The notes: a model not told the origin generated them from the sequence alone. Shown: positions 44,462 through 54,220, counted from the first letter of the stretch. The stretch is DNA of 64,000 nucleotides from Hyphomicrobiaceae bacterium (GCA_022844225.1 JALHMC010000015.1:11297-75296); one strand, 5' to 3'. Numbers and translations are program-made.

Positions 44462-45412
44462 TCAGGCGAGATGGTAGAGGCTGAACAATCCGTCTGTCCA
44501 CATTCGCCCGATCCGCCAGCCGGCCTCTTCAACGATGGTTCGGAACGCCGATGAAGAATGCTTGTATGAATTTTCCGTATGTATGCTCTCGCCAGCCGTG
44601 AAACTGAAAGTTTGACCGCATATCCGCACGACCTGCGATACTTTGCTGACAAGGTGCATTTCGATCCGGCTCTTGTCGGCGTTGAAGACGGCGCGATGTT
44701 CGAACGAGGGTAAGTGGAACGCCGGGGTGATTTCGCGATTGATCCTGGCCAGAATATTCAAATTGAACTGGGCCGTTATCCCGGCCGCGTCGTTGTAAGC
44801 TCTGACAAGTGTCGTCTCGTCCTTCAGCAGATCTACGCCTATCACCAGTTCGGCATTGCCTCCCAGGGTTCGGCGCCAACTGCGCAACATGTCGCTCGCG
44901 TGTTTTGGATCAAGATTGCCGATCGTCGAGCCAAGGAAGAAGCCAAGCTTCTTCCTGTGCCGAAGGTCTGCGGGGAAGGCGTCGAGTGTTGAGAAATCGT
45001 CAACGACCGGTCTGACTACAAGCCCAGGGAATTTGGCAGCTAGCCGCGTGCGGGCCTCCGTCAGCGCATGGCGCGACACATCTATGGGAACGAACGTGAC
45101 GCCGTTTGGGGCCAGTCGCAGGAGGGTATCCATTTTGCGACTGGAGCCGGCACCAAGCTCGACGATGACCTGATCGGGCGTCAGTTGTCCCATGATGGCG
45201 GAGGCATTCTCCTCCAATAGCGCGGCCTCGCTGCGCGTGAGATAGTATTCGGGCAGTTCCGTGATCAACTCGAATATGTCGCTGCCGCGTGCGTCGTAGA
45301 AGTATCGGCACGGCAGTGTTTTCTGGGGCTGGGCCAGCCCATGAATAACCGCTTTAACAAACTCTGCGTCGACGACATTGTCCGCTGCGACCGCGTGTGA
45401 GGTTTGAAGCAT
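44462..45412 (-). CDS. egtD: L-histidine N-alpha-methyltransferase EgtD
   Basis: YFYDARGSDIFELITELPEYYLTRSEAALL ... VELGAGSSRKMDTLL. The start overlaps the egtB stop (TGATG). Confidence 0.85.
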   Translation of the reverse strand: MLQTSHAVAADNVVDAEFVKAVIHGLAQPQKTLPCRYFYDARGSDIFELITELPEYYLTRSEAALLEENASAIMGQLTPDQVIVELGAGSSRKMDTLLRLAPNGVTFVPIDVSRHALTEARTRLAAKFPGLVVRPVVDDFSTLDAFPADLRHRKKLGFFLGSTIGNLDPKHASDMLRSWRRTLGGNAELVIGVDLLKDETTLVRAYNDAAGITAQFNLNILARINREITPAFHLPSFEHRAVFNADKSRIEMHLVSKVSQVVRICGQTFSFTAGESIHTENSYKHSSSAFRTIVEEAGWRIGRMWTDGLFSLYHLA

Positions 45413-46689
45413 CAAATGTCGGCCGCTAGACGCAGACCGGCGAACTGCCAGCGCTGCTGAGGGTAAAAGAAATTGCGATATGATGGACGGGAGTGGCCGG
45501 GTGGCGTGATGCACGAGGCTCCTCGCAGCACCTGCTGACTGACCATGAACTTGCCATTGTACTCACCGATTGCCCCAGGCGGCGGCGTATACCCTGGATA
45601 GGGAGCGTAGGCACTCTGGGTCCATTGCCAAACCGAACCATACATTTGCAGGAGCTGTTCGTTGTCCTGCAAAGCAGCAGGTTTCAGCTCCGGCGTGAAT
45701 GTGACAGCGTGCGGTGGCAATCCTCGCGCGGCCAATTCCCATTCGAACTCGGTCGGAAGCCGATGTCCGCTCCAGCGAGCAAATGCCTCTGCCTCGAAGT
45801 AGCTTACGTTGCAAACGGGGGCGGCCATTTCGAGCGGGCGAAGTCCCTCCAGTGTCATCAGCTTCCAGTCAGCGCCGTAGCCTTCCCAATAGAGCGGGCA
45901 CCTCCAAGCTTCACGTTGCACCGTGTTCCAGCCATCGGCCAACCAATGGTTTGCGTCGCGATATCCACCATCCTGAATGAACGAGATCCATTCGCCGTTG
46001 GTCACGAGCCGGTTCGCCAATTTGAACGGCCGCACGAACGCTTGGTGGCGTGGGTACTCGTTGTCCCATGCATAGCCGCGGCCATCATGTCCAAATTCGA
46101 TCAATCCGCTCTTGTATTCAGACCATCGCAGGAGCGCTGCTGCCGCATCGCTGATAAGAGATGGCTTGCCAGGCATGTACGCGGGGCGAAGCGGGTTCGC
46201 TGCAAAGAGAGCAAGGAGATCCATGAGCAGCAGTTCTTGATGCTGCTCCTCGTGATTGATGCCGATCTCAATCAACCGATTGACCTCGGGCTGATCGCCT
46301 GGAAGCAGGTCGACCAGACGGCCTAATGCCTCATCGACGTGCTGACGATAGGACATGACCCTGTCGACGGACGGGCGCGTGAGAAGCCCGCGCATGCCGC
46401 GCGGCTGACGCGCCCCCTGGCTCTCGTAGTAAGAATTGAAGCAGAAATTGAAAGTCTCGTCGAAGATTCGGTAACCCGGCAGAAACTTGGCAAGCACGAA
46501 GGTCTCAAAAAACCACGTCACATGTGCCAGATGCCATTTGGTCGGGCTGGCGTCATCCGTCGGTTGAACGACCATATCTTCTGCTGTCAGCGGCTTGACC
46601 AACTCCAAGCTTCTGTCACGCGTCGCTATCAGCCGCGGATACAGGCAGCTTCGCAAGATCGAAGTATTCGGGATAGCGGGGGCAGCCAT
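45412..46689 (-). CDS. egtB: ergothioneine biosynthesis sulfoxide synthase EgtB (DinB-like + FGE-sulfatase domains)
   Basis: WHLAHVTWFFE ... INHEEQHQELLL ... VSYFEAEAFARWSGHRLPTEFEWE ... GSVWQWTQSAYAPYPGY. Confidence 0.85.
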   Translation of the reverse strand: MAAPAIPNTSILRSCLYPRLIATRDRSLELVKPLTAEDMVVQPTDDASPTKWHLAHVTWFFETFVLAKFLPGYRIFDETFNFCFNSYYESQGARQPRGMRGLLTRPSVDRVMSYRQHVDEALGRLVDLLPGDQPEVNRLIEIGINHEEQHQELLLMDLLALFAANPLRPAYMPGKPSLISDAAAALLRWSEYKSGLIEFGHDGRGYAWDNEYPRHQAFVRPFKLANRLVTNGEWISFIQDGGYRDANHWLADGWNTVQREAWRCPLYWEGYGADWKLMTLEGLRPLEMAAPVCNVSYFEAEAFARWSGHRLPTEFEWELAARGLPPHAVTFTPELKPAALQDNEQLLQMYGSVWQWTQSAYAPYPGYTPPPGAIGEYNGKFMVSQQVLRGASCITPPGHSRPSYRNFFYPQQRWQFAGLRLAADI

Positions 46690-46930
46690 CTCGTGCCTCT
46701 CCTATGAATTATGACTTTGGAAACGCGCAGCAGCCCCGCAGGTTGCGACGCATATTCGTCGTTGGACGGGATTGAAGATAATCGCTCGTGTCCTCGATGC
46801 CGGTAACTGGCTGAGCCATCGTTAACGTAGGGACTCCAGCTCTGTACGGCTGGGACGAACTCCCAGATCGGCAGCAGTCGGCTCCTTGCGTGAGACTATA
46901 TTGCGAACCTACGATGAACCAGTGACTGCG

Positions 46931-46962
46931 AAGCTATTCAAACTATAGCGAAAGGGTATTGG
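46931..46962. promoter_or_regulatory. shared AT-rich operator-like sequence D1 (second copy D2 at 48763-48794)
   Basis: aagcTATtcAAACTATAGcgaaaGGgtATTGG compared with aaggTATcgAAACTATAGtcgctGGtcATTGG gives 22/32 identities. D1 and D2 lie upstream of the Mo-oxidoreductase operon and of dps respectively. Confidence 0.3.
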
Positions 46963-47027
46963 CAAATTATACTGGCCCGACCCTATAGAGTGGTTCCAGT
47001 CTGTCGTGACAAACAAGGGGATACGGC

Positions 47028-47633
47028 ATGGTCACCAGAGGGTTCAGGGGCCGCGGCTCTGGCGGCGACGGGTCAAATCGGATTCCGCCCGGGCAGCATC
47101 TGGTGGAGAATTTTCCGGTTCTGTCAGCAGGGCCCACACCAAGCGTGGAGCCCTCCGATTGGACGTTTACCGTCAAGATCGGTCCGAAGCCCGTCAAAGT
47201 TTGGGATTGGAGCGCGTTCAACGCGCTACCGAAGACCAAAATGACCCGAGACATTCACTGCGTCACGTCCTGGTCCAAGCTGGATACCACATGGGAGGGT
47301 GTACTCGTAGAAGACATTCTTGCAGATGCCGGGCTTGAGCGGCCCACCGATTTCGTGCTGGCGCACAGCTACGATGGATATTCGACAAACGTACCGCTTG
47401 CGGATCTGCTCTCAGGGAAAGCGATGGTCGCGCTCAACTATGCGGGCAAACCGCTTCCGCGCGATCATGGAGGGCCGGCGCGCCTTCTGGTTCCGCACCT
47501 CTACTTCTGGAAATCCGCCAAATGGGTGAATGCGCTGCAATTCACCACGCGTGACGAGGCCGGCTTTTGGGAGCTGCGTGGCTATCACATGTACGGCGAT
47601 CCGTGGCGCCAGCAACGATACACCAATGACTGA
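47028..47633 (+). CDS. sulfite-oxidase-like molybdopterin oxidoreductase (YedY/MsrP-like catalytic domain)
   Basis: IHCVTSWSKLDTTWEGV ... YSTNVPL ... NYAGKPLPRDHGGPARLLVPHLYFWKSAKWV. Confidence 0.8.
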   Translation: MVTRGFRGRGSGGDGSNRIPPGQHLVENFPVLSAGPTPSVEPSDWTFTVKIGPKPVKVWDWSAFNALPKTKMTRDIHCVTSWSKLDTTWEGVLVEDILADAGLERPTDFVLAHSYDGYSTNVPLADLLSGKAMVALNYAGKPLPRDHGGPARLLVPHLYFWKSAKWVNALQFTTRDEAGFWELRGYHMYGDPWRQQRYTND

Positions 47634-48372
47634 AAACTTGGCGCAAACCGTGCCGTGGCAGTCATGCGTGATCACTGAAATCGTCCAGCAAACACCAGGT
47701 ATCAAGAGCTTCTTCCTCCGGTTGAGCAAACCGTTCGCGCACGTCGCGGGTCAGCACGTCGATGTCCGGCTGACCGCGCCTGATGGCTACAGCGCAATGC
47801 GCAGTTACTCGATCGCGTCGTGGGCAATCTCTTCCCCGACCATCGAGCTCGCGATCGAGCGCCTGCCGGACGGCGAAGTTTCGCAGTTCTTTCACGATGT
47901 CGCGGTGATCGGTGACGAGATTGAGCTTCGTGGTCCGCTCGGCGGCCATTTCCTATGGCCTGAGCTTGCCATAGAACCAGTGCTCTTGATCGGAGCAGGT
48001 TCCGGCCTCGTGCCGTTGATGGCAATGATCCGGCAGCGCCGCGCGCTGTCCCAGGTCGTGCCGACGGCGCTGCTCCTGTCCGCACGAACCGCTGAGGACG
48101 TTCTCTTTTCGGAAGAGCTTCATTCCGTCGAAATTAGCGATCCGGCGTTCGTGTTGGCGCTGGCAATTACGCGCGAGAAACCGATACGTGCATCGGACTA
48201 TGCGCGACGGATCGACGGCGTGATGGTCAAAGAAATTCTAGCGCAGCTTCACGGGAAGCCCACGCAAGTATTCGTTTGCGGGTCCAACGGTTTCGTCAAC
48301 GTTGCGACCGATGGCGCGCTGCTGGCGGGCCTGGACCCCTCCATTATCAAGACCGAGCGCTACGGTGGCTAG
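47626..48372 (+). CDS. ferredoxin-NADP reductase-like FAD/NAD-binding oxidoreductase
   Basis: FAD motif RSYSIAS. NAD motif LLIGAGSGLVPLMAM. C-terminus VFVCGSNGFV. Overlaps the upstream gene by 8 nt. Confidence 0.8.
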   Translation: MTENLAQTVPWQSCVITEIVQQTPGIKSFFLRLSKPFAHVAGQHVDVRLTAPDGYSAMRSYSIASWAISSPTIELAIERLPDGEVSQFFHDVAVIGDEIELRGPLGGHFLWPELAIEPVLLIGAGSGLVPLMAMIRQRRALSQVVPTALLLSARTAEDVLFSEELHSVEISDPAFVLALAITREKPIRASDYARRIDGVMVKEILAQLHGKPTQVFVCGSNGFVNVATDGALLAGLDPSIIKTERYGG

Positions 48373-48390
48373 CGGCGCAGGCTATTTCGC

Positions 48391-48708
48391 GTGACTGCCT
48401 CGAACATGCTGCGCGTCAGTCGAGTCAATACTGGTGGAATGATGGAGCATGCCGAGTTCGAGGCAGCTTTAGCAAAGCTTCCGGAGGGATACAGCCAAGG
48501 CTCTTACGACGGCCGGCGTTTCGGCTTGATCGTCAGGCGATCCGAGGACGGACGTCGCAACAGTCTGTTTGCCAGGGAGTTGGCCGGGACCGACATTATC
48601 AGCTTCAACTTGTATCGCGTTACATCAGGTAAAACATCGCTCAAGCCGTGTGAGATGCCTGCGGAAAAGGTTGTGGCATTCGTGCTGGATTTCCGACCGG
48701 ACTCCTGA
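48391..48708 (+). CDS. hypothetical protein
   Basis: ORF following the reductase gene. The start is uncertain and no motif was recognised. Confidence 0.4.
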   Translation: MTASNMLRVSRVNTGGMMEHAEFEAALAKLPEGYSQGSYDGRRFGLIVRRSEDGRRNSLFARELAGTDIISFNLYRVTSGKTSLKPCEMPAEKVVAFVLDFRPDS

Positions 48709-48887
48709 CGGCCAACCGCTCAGTCTGCAATGCCCGCCCTCTACGACTGCGCATGTCGCGCCAAGGTATCGAAACTATAGTCGCTGGTCATTGGACTTCG
48801 TCTGGCGATGAATTCAATTCTACACGTCGCCATCCGTGGGGAATCGGTGCTGGCTCCCGTGTGAGCCATGATGAGAGAGTCTAGGCG

Positions 48888-49382
48888 ATGACGAAGACTA
48901 GCACGGCAACCGTTCCGACACCTTCTGATCTCAACGACTGTGCGGCGATGACGGTCGCTGACGCTCTCAAGATCATCCTGTCAAACAGCTATGCGATCTA
49001 CATAAAGACAAAAAATTTCCACTGGCACGTCTCCGGACCCTACTTCAGGGATTATCACCTGCTCCTCGATGAGCAGGCTGCAGAGATCCTTGCTGCCACC
49101 GATGCGATTGCCGAGCGCGCCCGAAAGACGGGCCACACAACCATTCGATCAATCGGCGATATCGCGCGCCACCAGACCATCAAGGATAATGATGCTGAGT
49201 TCGTGACGCCGCAGGACATGCTGGGTGAGCTCCGCGCCGACAATCTCCATATGGTGGAGTCGCTTCGCCGCGCCAAGGAAGTTGCCGACGGGGCGAAGGA
49301 TAATGCGACGTCCGGCCTGATCGATACCTGGACGGACGAGGCGGAACGCCGTGCGTGGTTCCTCTTCGAAATCAGCCGCTAG
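48888..49382 (+). CDS. dps: Dps (DNA starvation/stationary-phase protection protein)
   Basis: YIKTKNFHWHVSGPYFRDYHLLLDEQ ... ferroxidase-centre residues in context. Confidence 0.95.
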   Translation: MTKTSTATVPTPSDLNDCAAMTVADALKIILSNSYAIYIKTKNFHWHVSGPYFRDYHLLLDEQAAEILAATDAIAERARKTGHTTIRSIGDIARHQTIKDNDAEFVTPQDMLGELRADNLHMVESLRRAKEVADGAKDNATSGLIDTWTDEAERRAWFLFEISR

Positions 49383-49553
49383 GTCTGCGCAACTTATCTT
49401 CGGCTTATGGATTGTTGCACTACCGGTTATCTCGGTCGAGGCCGGCACCTCTTCGGGGGTGCATGACAATTAAAAGGCTATCCCGAAGTCTCGTCAAGAA
49501 TTCCTCGGCCACATGGATGCCGGCTGCGGTCACCCGCAGCCGGCGAAAGCCGC

Positions 49554-51398
49554 CTATTCGGCGGCGTTAACTTGCGTGTCGCCGCCATTGTCGTTGGCAG
49601 CCATACGCAGAGGTTCTGGCAACCACGCCTTGTTTTCCAGAAGTTGCTCGGCACGATCGGCAAGCTCGGACTTCTTTAGCTTTTCAAGAGCAGGCGCATG
49701 CGAGCCGTTGACTTCGTCGATGGCGGCAAGAATCTGCGATCGATTGACCCGGCTGAAATAGCCTTCGGCAGTCGGGCTAAACCATGCTGTCATGTCCAGC
49801 TGCAACGCATCGGCAAGAACGTTCGCGTGCGCTATCCGGCTGTCATCACGAACGCCTTTGCGCTGAATGGCATCGATTGCGGTACCCGCGATATATGCCA
49901 GCAGGTCCAGAAGCTCATCACGAGAGAGCGCCAGCAACCAGTTCCACAACGCTTCCGGATTACCGGGAATGCGATCACCGAAGCATGCCTTCTCCTGCGC
50001 TATGACGGTCAGAGCCTTGCAGAGTTCGGGCTTGGCAATGACGCTCCGGGCGTGTGCCGAACGGACGGACAGCTGAAGGCAGCTCTCCGTGCCGGAACCG
50101 GGATAGAGGACATCGAGTGCAAGGCAGTGTACGACAGACACAATCGCGATGTCAGGTCGGCGCATGAGCTCCGCACCGATTGCAGCGGTTTTCTGGGCGG
50201 TCAGATCCTCGATCAGCCGCGGAGATAACCCCTCGGCAGTCTTTAACGAGCCCGTATTGGGTTCGTCGGATATATCGTCCGATAGAACATCCTCCGGCCT
50301 GACCAGACCACGGTCAACCGATACGGAGCCATCGTGATTCAATGAGATGACAGCTCCTGCGATTGATCGTGTGCAATCCGTCCAGTACTGACCAAGGGCG
50401 TTCAGTTCATCGATTCGCTTCTCGATAACTTCGAGACGGTCGGCACTGCCGTCATCGTCGCTGTCGATGAGCTCGTCGTACTCGGAGCTCAGGCGATCGA
50501 ACTCTGCCTGACGTTCTTCGGTGAGAGGCACGCAGTCGGGGTATTCGCGACCAAACTTGGATAGAACGTCATGGCCCAGCTGGACTGCAATCTCGGTCCA
50601 GAGCCAGCCTTCGGCCGCAATTTCCGCTGCCAAAGGTTTCAGTTTCTCGGCGACCAGTCGATCAAGAAGAACGGAATCCTGCACGAAGGCATCGCTGTCA
50701 TCTCGGAAGAGATCGCGGCGCACATCGCCCCCGGCCGCTTCATAGGCTGGCAGACCGAGGAAACGCACACGCTTGTCAGTCGCACGGACTTCACCCTCGG
50801 TGAGAGCGCGACGCACTGCATGAGCACTGAGATGCCACGACGGGGTTTCAGCGAAGACACGCTGTTGTGCAGCCTGATCGTCCGAGATGGCAAAAGCCTG
50901 AGCGATATCGAGATCGATCTCGCCTTGGCGATAGGCATCGAGGATCACAGGGCTGAGGCGTCCAAGCTTCATGCGTTGAGCAATCAGCTTTTCGGCGACC
51001 CCGAAGCGTGCTGCCACGTCTGCGGTGCTGGAACCGTCATGGATGAGCTTGCTGAAAGCTTCGAACTGGTCCGCCGGGTGCATGGATACCCTGATGACGT
51101 TCTCAGCCAGGCTCAGCTCCGATGGATCGGCATCATTGGATGCCAGAGTGCAATTCACCGGATGGTCGGCTTCGATCAGACCCTGCTTGGCAAGTTGGGA
51201 GAGTGCGAGGAAGCGTCTGCGTCCGGCGATGATCTCGTATTTCCCGCGTTTGCCTTCGCGGATCACGAGGGCCTGCAATTGGCCGTGCGCGACGATCGAT
51301 GCTGCAAGTTCGTCGATGCCGTCTGCGGCCCCGGTTTTGCGGACATTGCCCTTCCAGGGCGTTAGTTTGTTCAAGGCGATAGTGGTGGTGTCAGTCAT
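49554..51398 (-). CDS. parB: large ParB/Spo0J-like N-terminal domain protein (ICE/plasmid type)
   Basis: LNKLTPWKGNVRK ... LAASIVAHGQLQALVI ... YEIIAGRRRFLAL (GxRR box). A ~450-aa C-terminal extension follows. Confidence 0.9.
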   Translation of the reverse strand: MTDTTTIALNKLTPWKGNVRKTGAADGIDELAASIVAHGQLQALVIREGKRGKYEIIAGRRRFLALSQLAKQGLIEADHPVNCTLASNDADPSELSLAENVIRVSMHPADQFEAFSKLIHDGSSTADVAARFGVAEKLIAQRMKLGRLSPVILDAYRQGEIDLDIAQAFAISDDQAAQQRVFAETPSWHLSAHAVRRALTEGEVRATDKRVRFLGLPAYEAAGGDVRRDLFRDDSDAFVQDSVLLDRLVAEKLKPLAAEIAAEGWLWTEIAVQLGHDVLSKFGREYPDCVPLTEERQAEFDRLSSEYDELIDSDDDGSADRLEVIEKRIDELNALGQYWTDCTRSIAGAVISLNHDGSVSVDRGLVRPEDVLSDDISDEPNTGSLKTAEGLSPRLIEDLTAQKTAAIGAELMRRPDIAIVSVVHCLALDVLYPGSGTESCLQLSVRSAHARSVIAKPELCKALTVIAQEKACFGDRIPGNPEALWNWLLALSRDELLDLLAYIAGTAIDAIQRKGVRDDSRIAHANVLADALQLDMTAWFSPTAEGYFSRVNRSQILAAIDEVNGSHAPALEKLKKSELADRAEQLLENKAWLPEPLRMAANDNGGDTQVNAAE

Positions 51399-51477
51399 GA
51401 GTGATCTCCTTTTGTTAGCGGTTTCTCCTGAGAGACGCGAAAAGGAGGGACGGGGGCATAGCTGAAGCGGTCATGCC

Positions 51478-51535
51478 CAACACGGGAGGCCCCAGCTTTG
51501 CGTCGGGGGCCGAATGGAGCGGGCAGGGCATTGAC
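51478..51535 (-). promoter_or_regulatory. conserved 58-nt leader/promoter motif, copy B
   Basis: Plus strand: caacacgggag-[ggcccc agctttgcgtc ggggcc hairpin]-cgaatggagcgggcag-N4-ttgac. It lies 79 nt upstream of the parB ATG. Confidence 0.5.
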
Positions 51536-51670
51536 GGCGAGGCGCACCCGGCCAAGGTCGCGACATCATCGAAGGAAGCCGCAACGGAGAAACGGTGCAA
51601 AGAGTGACCGGGACACTCGCTTGGAGCAACTGCTCTGCCTAGGTTAAATGCTCACCTTGAGGGGGCGCCC

Positions 51671-52138
51671 GTGTCCGACGAAGATCGCATAATGGATGTG
51701 TTGCGACAGGCGAAACGGCTCGCGCAAGAGTATCGCGAACTCACGGGTAAGCCGCTGGGCATAACCGGTGAAGTGGCAGAGTACGAAGCTGCAAAGCATC
51801 TTCGCATCAAGCTCGCACCCGCGCGCCATGCGGGTTACGACGCCACCGATGAGACCACCAGAAGGACATTCCAAATCAAGGGTCGATGTGTGTTGCCAGG
51901 GTGCAAACCGAGCCAGCGTCTCGGCTCGATCGATATCACCAAGGAATTCGACGCTGTGCTTCTGGTGCTGCTCGATAAAGATTTTGACGCGACTCACATC
52001 TACGAAGCCGACAGAGATGCTGTGATTGAGGCTTTGAGCAAACCAGGCTCCAGGGCACGAAATGAGCGCGGCGCAATGAGTGTATCACTGTTCAAAAAAA
52101 TCGGCCGTAAGGTGTGGCAGTGTGAGCAAGTTCGATGA
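51671..52138 (+). CDS. small PD-(D/E)xK-like protein (hypothetical)
   Basis: HAGYDATD...TFQIKGR fits a D...(Q/E)xK nuclease-core pattern. GTG start. Confidence 0.5.
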   Translation: MSDEDRIMDVLRQAKRLAQEYRELTGKPLGITGEVAEYEAAKHLRIKLAPARHAGYDATDETTRRTFQIKGRCVLPGCKPSQRLGSIDITKEFDAVLLVLLDKDFDATHIYEADRDAVIEALSKPGSRARNERGAMSVSLFKKIGRKVWQCEQVR

Positions 52139-52334
52139 CGCGCCAAATAAACTGGTGAGTTTTGCGCCAAATAGCGTGGTGAGCGTCCGCCAAATATCGT
52201 GATCAAATTTGGACAAATATTGTGATTGAAATAGGACACATAGGGTGAGAGTTCACAGCACTCACATCCCGGGACAGTTTCCATAAGAGTGATAATGTAT
52301 CTTATGGAAATTAGCTTAAGCCGTGGTGGCTTCT

Positions 52335-53120
52335 TCAGCTAGCCCGACGTGTTATTCGTTTCCATCCTTTGAGGATGTTCCTGCTCGGAGATTCGTTTTG
52401 AAGCATGGGCAGTATTTGTTCATCCTCATGGTTGCCCGCGTCCGCGCTCCACATCACTACCTTCATCGCGATGGGAAAATCATCGTCCTTCGGCTTGTTG
52501 AGCATCATGCCTGTCAAAGCCTGCAAATTTGTTGAAGGCCGCGACAGATTGAGCAGGAGTAGACGGTCAACGCTCACGCCAAGGATATAAAAGCGATTAT
52601 GCAGCACGAACACATGGCCATGTCGCTCTTGGTGTCTGGGATCACCTTTCGCTAGCCAACGCATGCGCGGACGACTGCACTCGGAGCAAGCGTACATCGT
52701 GGCTTGGTATTTGATGATTTCTTCGGCGTCGTCAGCAAAGCGATAGAGCACGTAATCGCCTTCGAACTCCCGAAATGCGTGGCGGTTGGAAGAACGGGTA
52801 AGTCCCGCCTCGAACTGATCGTAGAAGCTGCAATCTATGCATGGCTCGCTGTAGACCAATTGAAGCGCCGCTAAAAAGAGCTGCTTGGTGTTCTCGTAAG
52901 ACCGCGCCAGTCTCTCCGGCTGGCTTAAAAGCAAAGATATTTGCGATGGGGCCAAACGCTCGTCGAACAGTGACCGCCGGACCTCCGCGAAGGACCAATT
53001 CTTTCTCCTCCGATAGTGTTCGATGTGAAGCGCAACCTTACGCCAGTCGTCCACTGTCTTGGGCGTCCTTGGTGTCGTCGGCGTCGTTAAGCGACGCGAG
53101 GCGTTTTTTTTGCTGGGCAT
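52335..53120 (-). CDS. hypothetical protein with possible N-terminal HTH
   Basis: The WSFAEVRRSLFDERLAPSQISLLLSQ segment is HTH-like. The gene sits in an AT-richer region. Start MPSKKN at 53120. Confidence 0.5.
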   Translation of the reverse strand: MPSKKNASRRLTTPTTPRTPKTVDDWRKVALHIEHYRRRKNWSFAEVRRSLFDERLAPSQISLLLSQPERLARSYENTKQLFLAALQLVYSEPCIDCSFYDQFEAGLTRSSNRHAFREFEGDYVLYRFADDAEEIIKYQATMYACSECSRPRMRWLAKGDPRHQERHGHVFVLHNRFYILGVSVDRLLLLNLSRPSTNLQALTGMMLNKPKDDDFPIAMKVVMWSADAGNHEDEQILPMLQNESPSRNILKGWKRITRRAS

Positions 53121-53303
53121 GATCAAGCTCGGAATTGGCGGTCTTGCGCAGCTTACCCACGATGATCCACATCGAACAGAGTGTTCGATATCGTTGAGTA
53201 CGTTCGCTTTATGCGAGCGTTCAGCGCTACATCGCTCATGGACAGCATAAATTTCGTAGGGAAAAATTCGATCACGGGGGCGCAACAGAGAAAGGAAAGC
53301 TCG

Positions 53304-53498
53304 ATGTCAAAGCGTAATGACTCCAATGCCCACGTCGTACACACGACCACCTACAAAGAGAATCTGTCTCCCTACTCAACATTCGCCGGCAATCGCAGAG
53401 CCGAGGTGGTGTTGAGCGACGGACGGACCGGGTGGGACAACGGACGGAATGACACGCAGGCAATTGCCAAGGCCATTCGGCACGCGCGTTCAAAGTAA
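53304..53498 (+). CDS. small hypothetical protein
   Basis: 64-aa ORF with an AGAAAGGAAAG SD-like sequence upstream. Confidence 0.3.
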   Translation: MSKRNDSNAHVVHTTTYKENLSPYSTFAGNRRAEVVLSDGRTGWDNGRNDTQAIAKAIRHARSK

Positions 53499-53659
53499 AG
53501 CACGGCAGCGGGTAATGTGAAGAGGGGTGGGGCTTTGCCCTGCCCCTCTTTCAGTCCGATATTGGTCACGAAGCGAGTTCCTGATTGCCCATAAGGGCAT
53601 AATTTTACAGAGCAAAAAGCATATTTGATATGTAGACGGAATAATGATACATTGTATGT

Positions 53660-53914
53660 ATGCGAGTTGAAACGAATTCAGAGCCTGAAACAAGAAAACG
53701 GCCCGTCACCGTGACGGTGCGCGCTGACCTGCTTGAAGAAGTTAGGACGCTCGAACTCAATGCCTCCCAGGCTGCCGAAGACGGCATGAAAGCCGCTGTT
53801 AAGCGCGCCAAGGAACAAGCATGGCTGACAGAGAGCGCAGATGCCATCCAGGCCTACAATGAGCGCATCGCGGCATCGGGCATGCTTCTCACCCCTTCAT
53901 GGCTACAGGGCTAG
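53660..53914 (+). CDS. ccdA: CcdA-family antitoxin
   Basis: KRPVTVTVRADLLEEVRTLELNASQAAEDGM...AWLTESADAIQAYNERIAASG parallels F-plasmid CcdA. An atacat-tgt-atgtat inverted repeat overlaps the start codon. Confidence 0.85.
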   Translation: MRVETNSEPETRKRPVTVTVRADLLEEVRTLELNASQAAEDGMKAAVKRAKEQAWLTESADAIQAYNERIAASGMLLTPSWLQG

Positions 53915-54217
53915 ATGGCCCGGTTCGACGTCTATGAATTAAGCGGCGCCGGTCTTCTGGTCGTCGACGTTCAGGCCGATCTCCTGTCTCGTCTCGACAG
54001 CCGTGTGGTTGTGCCGCTTCTACCGGCAGAACAGGCTGGGTCGCAGGCAATGCCGCGTCTCGTTCCATTGATCAGGCTCAACGGCTCGGAGTACCGGCTG
54101 ATGACACCTGATATATCCGGTGTGTCGGCAGCCAATCTGAAGACGAGCGTGGGTACCGTCGCGGACCAGCATCACGTCGTCGTCGATGCGATTGATTTCA
54201 TGATGCAGGGATTCTGA
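53915..54217 (+). CDS. ccdB: CcdB-family toxin
   Basis: MARFDVYE...LVVDVQADLLSRLDSRVVVPLLP...YRLMTPDISGVSAANL...VVDAIDFMMQGF parallels F CcdB. It starts directly after the ccdA stop. Confidence 0.85.
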   Translation: MARFDVYELSGAGLLVVDVQADLLSRLDSRVVVPLLPAEQAGSQAMPRLVPLIRLNGSEYRLMTPDISGVSAANLKTSVGTVADQHHVVVDAIDFMMQGF

Positions 54218-54220
54218 GAA

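Noticed and set aside
49698-51465. Plus-strand ORFs (176, 264 and 146 aa) within parB.
   Set aside because: They are antisense to a 614-aa ORF with a clear ParB N-terminal domain.
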